In this document: piece by piece, positions 10,031 through 20,000 of the stretch
How the letters are laid out: each line of letters opens with the position of its first letter
Position numbering within the stretch: the stretch's first letter is position 1
Source of the DNA: Chiloscyllium plagiosum
Taxonomy: Eukaryota
Direction: 5' to 3'
Assembly (NCBI RefSeq): GCF_004010195.1
Contig: NC_057720.1
Location: 15,068,617 to 15,088,616 of the forward strand
DNA length: 20,000 nt
The notes under the pieces: model-generated
The model's database searches: none
Seen by the model: the letters and a program-made list of their open reading frames with translations, nothing else
Told to the model about the DNA's origin: nothing
Made by a program: the position numbers and the translations under genes

Positions 10031-10417
10031 TTACAAACCAATCCAAGCTTCGGACCACAGGCCATTCAGACCTCTTACCCAAGCCATCAGTCTCAGAATT
10101 TTGCAGGTAGTTATTGGAGAGTTTGTTTTCAGTGAGGATGTTGAAGCTGCATTATCAATTGGAATGGAGGGAAATGGTTGAAGGCTGGGTTTGAGAAGCT
10201 GTAGTTTCATAACCTGAGAATGGAGGCTGTCAGTTTAAGGATAAGGAACCCCTAACTGATTTGGCCCACGTGACCTCCAGTCCAAGTTAATTCTTTAAGT
10301 CTTAGCAACACCCAGTCCCCTCAATATGGGCTGGAAAGAAGGAGATCCTATAAACTGGTAACAGAAGGTGTCAGGAGAGGAACCTGACCACTCCCCACCT
10401 TTAATAGGCTAAACTCA

Positions 10418-11210
10418 GAGTGGCAGATAGAGTTTAATTTAGATAAATGTGAGGTGTTGTATTTTGGTAAGACAAATCAGGGCAGAAATTGAACAATTAA
10501 TGGTAGGACCCTGGGGAGTGTTGCCAAATAAAGAGAAGGGTACAGGTGCATAGTTCCTTGAAAGTGGAGTCACAGGTAGACAGGGTGGTGAAGAAGGCTT
10601 TTGGCAGGCTTGCCTTCATTGTTCAGCGCATTGAGTATAGGAGTTGAGACATCATGTTGCAGCTGTACAGGACATTGTTGAGACAACGTTTAGAATGCAG
10701 TATATAATTCTGGTTGCCCTTCTATAGGAAGGATTTTGTTAAAATTGAGAGGGTGCAAAAAAGATTTACAAGGATGTTACTAGGATTGGAGAGTTTATGT
10801 TGTAGGGAGATGCTGAAATGACTGGAACTTTCTTCCCTGGAACTTCAGAGGCTGAGGAGTGATCTCTCTCGAGTTTATAAAAGCATGAAGGGGATGGACA
10901 AGGTGAATAGCCAAGGTCTTTTCCCCAGGCAGGGGAGTCCAAAACTAGAGGACATAGGTTTAAGGTGAGTGGGAAAAGATTTAAAAAGGATCTGGGAGAC
11001 AACTTTTTCATGCAGAGGATGGTGCATGTATGGGATCAGCTACCAGAGGAAGTGGTGGAGGCTGGTACAACTACAAGATTTAAAAGGCATTTGGATGGAT
11101 AAAAGAATAGGAAGGGTTTCAAAGGATATGGGCCAAATGTTGATTGGGATGTCTGATAGGTACAAGTTGGATTGAAACGTCTGTTTCCGTGCTACACAAC
11201 TCTAACTCTG
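10418..11210 (+). mobile_element. CR1 LINE 3' end, 5'-truncated
   Basis: WQIEFNLDKCEVLYFG...YRKDFVKIERVQKRFTRML...; 3' tail ctgtttccgtgct...actctaactctg. Confidence 0.9.
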
Positions 11211-11560
11211 TTCTTGATGGAGTTTAGAAGGATGAGAGAGGGATCTGCTTGAAACTGACAGAATAATGGATAGAGTGGACATGGAGAAGATGCTTCCACT
11301 AGTAGGAGAGACTAAGACCCGAGGGCACAACCTCAGTGACAGGGTGACCCTTCAGAACTAAGATGTAGAGGAATTTCTTCCACCAGGGGTGGTGAATCTA
11401 TGGAACCGATTGCTGAAGGCTGTGGAGGCCAAGTCATTGGAGTGTATTTTAAGACAGAGGTTCTTGATTAGTAAGTGGAGAGAATGGGAGAATGGGTTTG
11501 AGAAACATCAGCCATGATCAAATGCTGGAGCAGACTCGATGGACTGAAGAGTCTAATTCG
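11211..11560 (+). mobile_element. CR1 LINE 3' end of a different subfamily
   Basis: tggagtttagaaggatgag...gatctgcttgaaac...ggtggtgaatctatggaac...ggagcagactcgatgggactgaa; typical CR1 C-terminus and tail. Confidence 0.75.
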
Positions 11561-12112
11561 CTTAATCATTTCATTCAAATTTATTATTGAAATGCACTAA
11601 TCAGATGTCTATAGTAAGTCCATGACTAACATTATTTCATTTTTAATGTTCAGTTATTTAATGATCCTATAATCTTATTTTCATGTCATGAATTTTGTTT
11701 TAACTTTGTTTATCGCTGATCTGACCACAGACCTGCGACACTTATCAAATCCTTGTCGGACTGGCCTATCCCCTTTCTGCCTACTGATCAACTTGCAGTC
11801 TCTCCTGTTCCCTGACCGACCCACCCTCTAACCGAACATCCTGCTGATTGCTTCCCTGTTTTCCCTGCTGTAAATCAGGAAGGGTTTAGTGGGAGAGCCT
11901 GAGTCAGGATCAGCAAGATGGCTGATCCATAATGACCAGGAGGGTCACCGTGGGGTGTTAGCAAGGAAGAGGTGCAAGAAGCAGCAAGTGGAAAGTAAGC
12001 AGAAAGTTACTCTGGACTGAATCTTTTTTGTTTGGCTCAAGTGTTAGTTTTGTCAAGTTTTTATGTGTTGCATGATGCAGGACGCAGTGAGATCCCTTAC
12101 CTCATCTTTGAA

Positions 12113-13200
12113 ACATAAACATAAATAGTTGCAGGCCATTCGGCCCTTTGAGCTTGTTCTACCACTCAATGTGATCCTGGCTGATCATCCAACTCAGTGC
12201 CCTGTTCGTGCTTTCTTCCCCACACGGCTCGATCCTTTTGATAGTCATAGAGATGTACAGCAAGGAAACCGACCCTTCAGTCCAACTCATCCATGCTGAT
12301 CAGATATCCTAACCTAATCGAGTCCCACCTGCCAGCACTTGGTCCATAACCCTCTAAACCCTTCCTATTCATATACCCATCCAAATGCCTTTTAATTGCT
12401 GTAATTGTACCAGCCTCCACCACTTCATCTGGCAGCTCATTTCATACACGCATCACCCTCTGTCTGAAAATGTTGCCTCTTAGGTCTCTTTTATATCTTT
12501 TCCCTCTCACCCTAAACCTATGCACTCTAGTTCTAGACTCCCCCACCTCAGGGAAAAGACTTTGTCTATTTATCCTACCCATGCCCCTCATAATTTTGTA
12601 AACCTCTATAAGGTCACCCCTCAGCCTCTGACGGTCCAGGCAAAACGACCCCAGCCTGTTCAGCCTCTCCCTATAGCTCAAATCCTCCAACCCTAGCCAC
12701 TCCCTGTAAATATTTTCTGAACTCTTTCAAGTTTCACAGCATCCTTCCGATAGGAGGGAGATCAGAATTGCATGCAATATTCCAACAGTGGCCTAACCAA
12801 TATCCTGTACAACTGCAACATGACGTCCCAACTCCTGTACTCAATGCTCTATTCAATAAAGGAAAGCATACCCAATGTCGTCTTCACTATCCTATCCAGC
12901 TGTGACTTCACTTTCAAGGAACTATGAACCTGCACTCCAAGAGTTCAAGATCTAACCCCTTCTTGAAAACATCCAATGTTTTGGCCTCAACTAATTTCAT
13001 GTAGTAGAGAACTCCACAGGCTCACCACTCTCTGGGTGAAGACATTTCTCCTCTCCTCAGTCCTAACTGGCCTACCCTGTATCCTTAGACTTTGAACTCT
13101 GGTTCTAGACTCCCTGGTCATTGGGAACATCCTTCCTACGTTCACCCTGTCTAGCCCTGTTAGAAGTTTATTGGTTACAATGAAAGATCATCATTCCTTA
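12113..13200 (-). mobile_element. Older CR1 3' end (about 12113-12240 and 12943-13200) split by a younger CR1
   Basis: Tail aacataaacataaatagttgcaggccattcggccctt at the left end. The body ttccacaggctcaccactctctgggtgaag-like...ctagactccctggtcattgggaacatcc resumes after 12943. Confidence 0.7.
12241..12940 (-). mobile_element. CR1 LINE 3' end nested in the previous CR1
   Basis: ORF 12442-12690 EDLSYRERLNRLGSFCLDRQRLRGDLIEVYKIMRGM; homologous to 10418-11210 and 14942-15825. Confidence 0.9.
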
Positions 13201-13235
13201 ATTCCATTCCTAACTTATCAGGTCTCCATACCCAT

Positions 13236-13565
13236 CCTTGACATCAAGGCTGCATTCAACTGAGTGTGGCATCAAGGAACCCTAGCAAAACTGGTATCAA
13301 TGGGTTTTGGGGGCAAACTCTCCACTGGTTGGAATCATATCTGGCACAAATGAAAATTGTTGTGGTTGTTGGTCAGCCACCTCAACTCCAGGATATCTCT
13401 GCAGGCCCAACTATTTTCAGGTGCTTCATCAATGACCTTCCCTCCATCGTAAGGTCAGAACAAGGGGTATTCGCTGATGATTGCACGATGTTCAGTACTA
13501 TTTGCGACTCCTCAGACACTGAAGCAGTCAATGTTCAAACATAACAGGATCTGGACAATATTCAG
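13236..13565 (+). mobile_element. CR1/L2-group LINE reverse transcriptase core fragment
   Basis: LDIKAAFN*VWHQG...LHWLESYLAQ...GPTIFRCFINDLPSIVRSEQGVFADDCTMF, containing the (F/Y)ADD catalytic motif. Confidence 0.85.
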
Positions 13566-13908
13566 ATTAACTGTTCCAAGACAGTAACATCCCATAAATA
13601 TACCCCTTGGCAAAAAGTAAATTCAAACACAGATTCTTATGGGCAGGAGAGAACAACATCCAGAGAGAGATTTCAGAGAAAGTCAGAGAAGTCCTTTACT
13701 GAAGCTTGCAACTCTTCTGGACTCTCACATTTTGTGACTGCCCCAGTGAAACAAAACTAGGAAAAGCCTGAACTGGGAGAACAAGCCACTCCCCTTCCGT
13801 TGATAAACTGTTAAACACCCAAGACTCCTCGGCACCTCTGCCTTTACGACCACTCTTCCAAAACAAACAAGGACAAAATAACCTTTTTTAAGTGACAGCA
13901 CCGTCACA
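13566..13908 (-). mobile_element. Possible truncated LTR fragment
   Basis: The minus strand begins TGTGACGGTGCTGTCACTTAAAAAAGG, an LTR-like TG start, and the RT fragment is cut off abruptly at about 13565. No other terminus or TSD is seen. Confidence 0.4.
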
Positions 13909-14941
13909 CTCAGGACTGATAGAAGCAATGATACCAGGCAATGCTAGCCTGGTCCAAGATTAGTACAGTCTCAGCCATCTGGAGGCAATATAGGGAGAAA
14001 CTCTATGATCTCAGTGTAAGTGCCACCATCGAATTTCCATAATCTCTGTTACTACGTCCAGCTACCAAGATTTATGCTCTCTCTCTATTGCCTGAAATAT
14101 CTTCCTTCACTTGCTCTCATCCACCCCAACCTCTGGCACCATTAACACAACGTGTCCTCAGTATTGCCTACTTGCTTGTTTGAGACATTAACACAACAAA
14201 GGCCGTCTCACCCATATTCTCCCTAATATCTGCACTTATCTCATTTCAAGAAGAAAATAGCTCTCCATAGAGCAGAAAGAGCCAAGACTAGTGGTCATTA
14301 GCCTGATATTTGACTTCTCACTCCCTGGTGATCTGACTTACTGGCCCAAGTGGCTGACTAACCATGTCCAAGCCCCTGGACTGGTACCTGATATTATAGA
14401 GACTGCCCTTGGCTTATTGTACCACAACATCTGAGCGATGGCTCTCTTCTGTTAACTGAGGACTGTAGAAAACTGTGGGCAAATGTCCTGACTTTGTGTT
14501 GCAGTGGCATTTACCACAGAGAGCTGAATTGAAAGCCTGCTATCTCTGGCTGGGGAGGGGGTGTGGTGGGGAGGGAGCAAAGTGCAAGGCAGAGATACAA
14601 AAATAGGTAGGCTCAGTCACTTTGCACTAAGAATAAGCAAACAGCCTAGAATGCATCCTGGTCCAGTCTATGAGCTGGTTGCATGAACCTGAGCCTTATA
14701 ACAGTATTACAATGAGGGTTTTCAGTGTAGAGGTGTCCTGTAAGTGGGTCAGATGTGCCATGAGGGTTGTTAAAGGCTGGCACATGGGGTGCCACTGTCA
14801 GTGGCCATGGAGCATGCCACAACATTAAGGCCCTTTGGAGCAAACTGAAGTTGCCAGACATCTGTTCTGACTTGACATCAAAAATTCTCAACATTTAGTT
14901 TCCTCTGTGTCTGGTAGGATAATAAGCAGCAAATTCTGCAG

Positions 14942-15825
14942 GAGTGGCACCTGGAGTTTAATTTAGACAAATGTGAGGTGCTGCATTTTGGAAAGGCAAA
15001 TCAGGGCAGGATTTGTACACTTAATGGCAAGGTCCTGGGGAGTGGTGCTGAACAAAGAGACCTTGGAGTGCAGGTTCACAATTCCTTGAAAGTTGAGTTG
15101 CAGGTAAATAGGATAGTGAAGAAGGTGTTTGGTATGCTATCCTTTATTGGTCAGAGCATTGAGGATAGGAGTCGGGAGGTCATGTTGCAAAAGTACAGGA
15201 CATTGGTTAGGCCACTTTTGAAATGTTGTGTGCAATTCTGGTCTCCCTTCTATTGGAAGGACGTTGTGAAACTTGAAAGGGTTCATAAAGGATTTACAAG
15301 AATGTTGCCAGGGTTGGCGGATTTGAGTATAAGGAGGGGCTGAATAGGCTGGGGCTGTTTTCCCTGGAGCGTCGGAGGCTGAGGGTAATCTTTATAAATG
15401 TTTATAAAATTATGAGGGGCATGGATAGCGTGACTAGACAAGGTCTTTTCCCTGGGATGGGGAGTCCAGAACTAGAGGGCACAGGTTTAGGGTGAGATGG
15501 GAAAAATTTAAAAGGGACCTAAGCGGTAGCTTTTCATGCAGAGGGTGGTGCGGGTATGAAATGAGCTGCCAAAGGAAGTGGTGGAGGCTGGTACAATTAC
15601 AGCATTTAAAAGGCATCTGGATGGGTACATAAATAGGAAGGGTTTAGAGATGTATGGCCCAAGTTCTGGCAAATGGTTTCCGTACAACATCTGAAAGTTG
15701 AAGCGAAAATCATGGGGTTTTGCAACTGGCAAATGGGACTAGATTCATGTGCGATATCTGGTCGGCATGGATGAGTTGGACCAAAGGATCTGTTTCTGTG
15801 CTGTACATCTATGACTCTGTCTCTG
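14942..15825 (+). mobile_element. CR1 LINE 3' end, 5'-truncated, carrying a small foreign insertion at 15677-15725
   Basis: ORF 14978-15343 LHFGKANQGR...EQRDLGVQVHNSLK...YRTLVRPLLKCCVQFWSP...LERVHKGFTRMLPGL; tail ctgtttctgtgctgtacatctatgactct. Confidence 0.92.
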
Positions 15826-16788
15826 AGTAGGTGACCTTCTTCCTCTTCCTGACAGCACTAACTTGCACTCACTCTGCAACTCAGTTACAATTTATGCCCA
15901 TTTTGCAATTTCCCTGAGAGAATGTGTAAACAATTACGTAAGTTGCAGAACCCCATGATTTCCACTTCAACTTTCAGATTTTGTACAGAAACCATTTTAT
16001 GCAATGCCATGAGGAGTTTTTTTTTGATTTGCAAGACATGTAGCAATTTGTCAGTTGGATGAGAAAGCATGAGCATTTGTGTTAGTTGTGGTACAGTATT
16101 CAAAGAGATGCAGATACTGCTTTTATTCAAAATATTCCCATCTTTTCCTTGGCAAGAATAAACAAAATAGCCTGAAAACCAAATCAAGGGAACATCAATT
16201 TCAATTTTACTGCTTGAAATGCTCATAAATGAGATGGTTCATTGTTCCACTGCCTCTTCCAAAGGGAATCAAAATAAGCGTTAAGCATGGGGGAATAGTA
16301 ATTGATTCCTCTGGTACAGTGTTCAGTGTGATTCATGTCCTTGCGTGAATATGAAAGCATATCTTTGTAGAATCTGCTTGTATGTGGAGACTGGTGCGCA
16401 ACCAATTACTGAGAACAAGAACAATGATTTATTAATATACGAGAGCACTTAATGTAGAAAGATTTCCCAGCACATTTCCCAGCTGTATAAGGAAATAAAA
16501 TGAGCAATGAGGCAAAAACTAAATGTTAAAGTAGGACAAGGACCTTGGTCGAAGAGATGGGCCACAAGTAGGATCACCAAGAAGAAAGGCAGGTAGCAAG
16601 ACCGATCTAGGGAGGAAATTCTAGCACAAAGGATAGATGCTGATATATGGGGTGGACAATGGCTGTAATGATCAAAGGTTGGTTTCAAAAGAGCGAGAGA
16701 TGGTGGCTGGGCAGAGAAGGCTCAGGGACCACTCGTATACAACAACTACGATTGTAAGAAAGTAACAATTCTGGAAAGTAGTCAGGCG

Positions 16789-18189
16789 CATACAGTCATT
16801 GAGTCATACAGCATGGAAAGAGATCCTTCAGTGTAACCAGTCCATTCTGACCATAATCCCAAACTCAAGGTTTGCGTAAAGATTTGTAGCCCGGCTGCTG
16901 GTTGCCGAGCTGGGAAGTTGTGGGTATGGTCGCCGAGCTGGGAAGTTGATTTGCAGACGTTTTGTCCCCTGTCTCGGTGATATCCTCAGTGCTTTGGAGC
17001 CTCCTGTGAAGCACTGCTGTACTGTGTCTTCTGGAATTTAATTGGTTTCGTTCCCACTGCTTCCGGTTGCCGGCTCCAGTCGTTCTTTGCAGTGGTTAGT
17101 ATACCAGGTCTAGATCCATGTTTTTATTGAAGGAGCCCATGGATAAGTGCCGTGCCTCTAGAAATTCTCAGGCTGTCCTCTGTTTAGCTTGTCCTATGGT
17201 CGTTGTGTTGGCCCAGTTGAATTTGTGGTCCTTGTCATCTGTGTGGACCGCTACTAGTCATGGCGTTTAGTGGCTAGTTGGTGTTTGTGGATGCAGATTA
17301 TTCATTGTCAGCCTGTTTGTCCTGTATGGTGTTTCGTGCACTCTTTACATGGAATCTTGTAAATTACATTAGTCTTGCACAGGGCACAGGGTCTTTTGCT
17401 CTGGTGAGTTGTTGTCTGAGTGTGGCTGTCAGTTTATGGGCTGTCATGAATTTGAGTGGGCAGAGAATCTGTTAGTTCAGAGATGTTTTTTATATAAGGT
17501 AGTATGGCTCATGTGTTGGGTCATGGCACATTCTCGTTGCATTGTTTGTCTGTTAAGCATCTGCAGATGAATTTGCGGGGATATCAGTTCTTGGTGAAGA
17601 CTCTGTGGAGGTGTTCTTCTCATCGCAGATTGGGTGTGCTGCAGTGTGTTGTACTCCTTTTGAACAAGATCCTAATGCAGCTTCTCGTGTGTGTGTTTGG
17701 GTGGTTGGTGTTGTAGTTCAGGATCTGGTCTGTGTGTGTGGCTTTTTTGTTTACTCTTGTTGTGTGTTCACCGTTCTGTGTTCTTTCTGCTATCACATCC
17801 AGGAATGGATAATTCCAAACTAAACTAGTCTCCCTGCCTGCTCCTGGCCCAGATCCCTCCAAACCTTTCCCGATGTCTTTTAAACATTGTAATTGTACCC
17901 ACATCCACCACTTCCTCAGGAAGTTCATTCCACATGCAAACCACTCTTTGTGTAAAACCTTTGTCCCTCATGTCTTTTTTAAATCTCTCTCCTCTCACCT
18001 TAATATACCCCCAGTTTTGAAATCCCCCATCATAAGGAAAAGACAACTACCATTAACTCCATCTATACCTCTCATTATTTTTTATAAACTTATGTAAGGT
18101 CGATTCTCAACCTTCTACTCTCCAGTGGAAAAGGTCTCAGCCTATCCATCCTTTCTTTATAATTCAGACCTTCCATACCCGGAACATCT
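16789..18189 (-). mobile_element. CR1 3' end (16789-16865 and 17809-18189) interrupted by a Penelope-like element
   Basis: The minus strand reads PGMEGLNYKERMDRLRPFPLESRRLRIDL and KVRGERFKKDMRDKGFTQRVVCMWNELPEEVV. Removing the PLE restores cataatcccaaactaaactagtc, as seen at 8046-8068. Confidence 0.85.
16866..17808 (-). mobile_element. Penelope-like retroelement, 5'-truncated: RT thumb, GIY-YIG endonuclease and pLTR, with a 13-bp TSD
   Basis: PFLDVIAERTQNGEHTTRVNKKATHTDQILNYNTNHP...LFKRSTTHCS...N*YP; NVIYKIPCKECTKHHTGQTG near 17310-17375; hammerhead-like core at 16953-16992 (GAAA mutated to AAAA); TSD ATAATCCCAAACT 16853-16865 / ATAATTCCAAACT 17809-17821. Confidence 0.9.
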
Positions 18190-19800
18190 ATAGTTAGGAC
18201 TTGATAGTTAGGGGAATCGACAGGAGATTTTGTGGTCAGGATCGGGATTCCCAGAAGGTATGTTGCCTCTCTGGTGCCAGGGTCCTGGACGTCTCTGAAT
18301 GTGTTTTTTAAGGTTCTAAAAGGAGAGGACGAACAGCCAGAAATCGTGTTACATATTGGCACTAATGATATAGCCAGAAAAAGAATTGAGGATATCAAAA
18401 GTGATTTCAGGGAGTTAGGATGGAAGCTGCAGAGCAGGATGAACAGAGTAGTGTTCTCTAGTTTACTACCGGTGCCATGAGATAGCGAGGCGAGGAACGG
18501 GGAGAGGGCTCAGCTTAAACGTGGCTGTGCAGCTGGTGTAGGAGGGAGGGCTTCAGATATGTAGATAATTGGGATACCTTCTGGGGAAGGTGGGACCTGT
18601 ACAAAAAGGACGGGTTGCATCTGAACTGGAAGGGGACCAATGTCCTGGGTGGAAGGTTTGCTCGAGTAGTTCGAGAGGGTTTAAACGAGTATGGCAGGGG
18701 GGTGGGAACCTGAGCTGTATACCGGAGGTGAGATTTGATGCAGATGAGGCAATAGCAAGAGGTAGACCAGCTAGTGGGAAGGATTTTCCTGGGAAGGAAC
18801 CAAGGGATCGGTTAAAGTGTGTTTGCTTTAACGCAAGGAGTATCAAGAATAAAAGTGACGAACTTAGAGCATGGATCAGTACCTGGTGCTATGATGTTGT
18901 GGCCATTACAGAGACATGGGTTTCTTAGGGGCAGGAATGGTTGCTGGATGTTCCAGGGTTTAGAGCATTTAAAAAGAATAAGGAGGGGGGAGAAAGAGGA
19001 GGGGGTGTAGCACTACTAATCAGAAAGGGTATCACAGTTACAGAAGCTTCCATTGTCGAGGAAGATCTGCCTACCGAGTCAGTATGGGTGGAAATTAGGA
19101 ACAGCAAGGGAGCAGTCACCTCGTTAGGGGTTTACTACAGGCCCCCCAATAGCAGCAGGGAGATGGAAGAAAGCATAGCTCGGCAGATTTTGGAAAAGTG
19201 TGGACGTAGAAGGGTTGTGTAATGGATAACTTTAACTTTCCCAATATTGATTGGAACCTCCTTCGAGCAGAAGATTTGAATGGAGCTGTTTTTGTAAGGT
19301 GTGTTCAGGAGGGTTTCCTAACTCAGTACGTTGACAGGCCAATGAGGGGAGAGGCCATTCTAGACTTGGTGCTCGGAAACGAGCCAGGGTAGGTATCAGA
19401 TCTTGTGGTGGGAGAGCATTTTGGTGATCGTGACNNNNNNNNNNNNNNNNNNNNNNNNNNNNNNNNNNNNNNNNNNNNNNNNNNNNNNNNNNNNNNNNNN
19501 NNNNNNNNNNNNNNNNNNNNNNNNNNNNNNNNNNNNNNNNNNNNNNNNNNNNTGGAGACTGTTTAAGGAACAGTTGTTGCGAGTGATGAATAAATATGTC
19601 CCTCTGAGACAGGCAAGAAGGGATAAGATAAAGGGACCTTGAATGTCAAGAGTGGGGGAGCGTCTCAGCAAAAGGAAGGTAGCTTACATAAGGTGGAGGA
19701 AGCTAGGGTCAAGCTCAGCTCTAGAGGATGACAGGCAGGTGAGGAAGGAGCTTAAAAATGGTCTGAGGAGAGCCAGGAGGGGGCACAAGAAAGGCTTGAC
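18190..19800 (+). mobile_element. CR1 LINE 5' portion: ORF1 SGNH/GDSL esterase remnant and ORF2 APE endonuclease remnant
   Basis: ORF1: DLIVRGIDRRFCG...IVLHIGTND...DGLHLNWKG. ORF2: CFNARSIKNK...DVVAITETW...GGGVALL...GVYYRPP...NFNFPNIDW...LDLVL...HFGDRD. In-frame stops and frameshifts are present. Confidence 0.92.
19435..19552. other. Assembly gap (118 N)
   Basis: Run of N inside the CR1 ORF2 remnant. Confidence 1.
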
Positions 19801-19805
19801 AATGT

Positions 19806-20000
19806 GGGCGGCACGGTGGCACAGTGGTTAGCACTGCTGCCTCGCAGCGCCAGAGACCCAGGTTCAATTCCCGCCTCAGGCGACTGACTGTGTGGAGTTT
19901 GCACATTCTCCCCGTGTCTGCGTGGGTTTCCTCCGGGTGCTCCGGTTTCCTCCCACAGTCCAAAGATGTGCAGATTAGGTGAATTGGCCATGCTAAATTG
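19806..20000 (+). mobile_element. HE1-like tRNA-derived SINE (V-SINE superfamily), running off the window edge
   Basis: A box TGGCACAGTGG, B box GGTTCAATTCC, and V-domain tgtgtggagtttgcacattctccccgtgtctgcgtgggtttcctccgggtgctccggtttcctcccacagtccaaagatgtgc. Confidence 0.9.

Noticed and set aside
14646..14894. 82-aa minus-strand ORF
   Set aside because: No domain motif; length is expected by chance.
15885..16688. Short minus-strand ORFs in apparently unique sequence
   Set aside because: No recognisable protein signal or exon structure.
16904..16948. 17-bp direct repeat GCCGAGCTGGGAAGTTG inside the pLTR
   Set aside because: A simple local duplication absent from the 6503-6637 copy, with no evidence of function.
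19806..19880. tRNA-like A/B boxes (also at 4775 and 9675)
   Set aside because: These are SINE heads followed by SINE bodies, not tRNA genes.

Overview
This is repeat-dense, apparently non-coding vertebrate DNA, and I can support no intact host gene. An HE1-type SINE and shark-style CR1 3' tails point to a cartilaginous fish (inference). Most of the window is nested, decayed transposable elements: CR1 LINE fragments (one keeping ORF1 esterase and ORF2 APE endonuclease remnants), a second CR1/L2-group LINE, two Rex1/Babar fragments, tRNA-derived SINEs, a solo LTR, a hAT (Buster/Charlie-like) transposase relic and at least seven Penelope-like element (PLE) pieces. The PLE termini carry minimal hammerhead-ribozyme-like cores (CTGANGA...GAAA). 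The most notable signals are: a TSD-flanked palindrome with two opposed hammerhead cores (3975-4222); two independent PLE insertions at the same 10-bp target ATCCCAAACT; three PLE insertions in one Rex1 copy; a 57-bp inverted, locally templated insertion in a CR1; and a head-to-head CR1 junction compatible with twin priming. I see no convincing wholly new system. All family names come from motif recognition by eye, not database searches.
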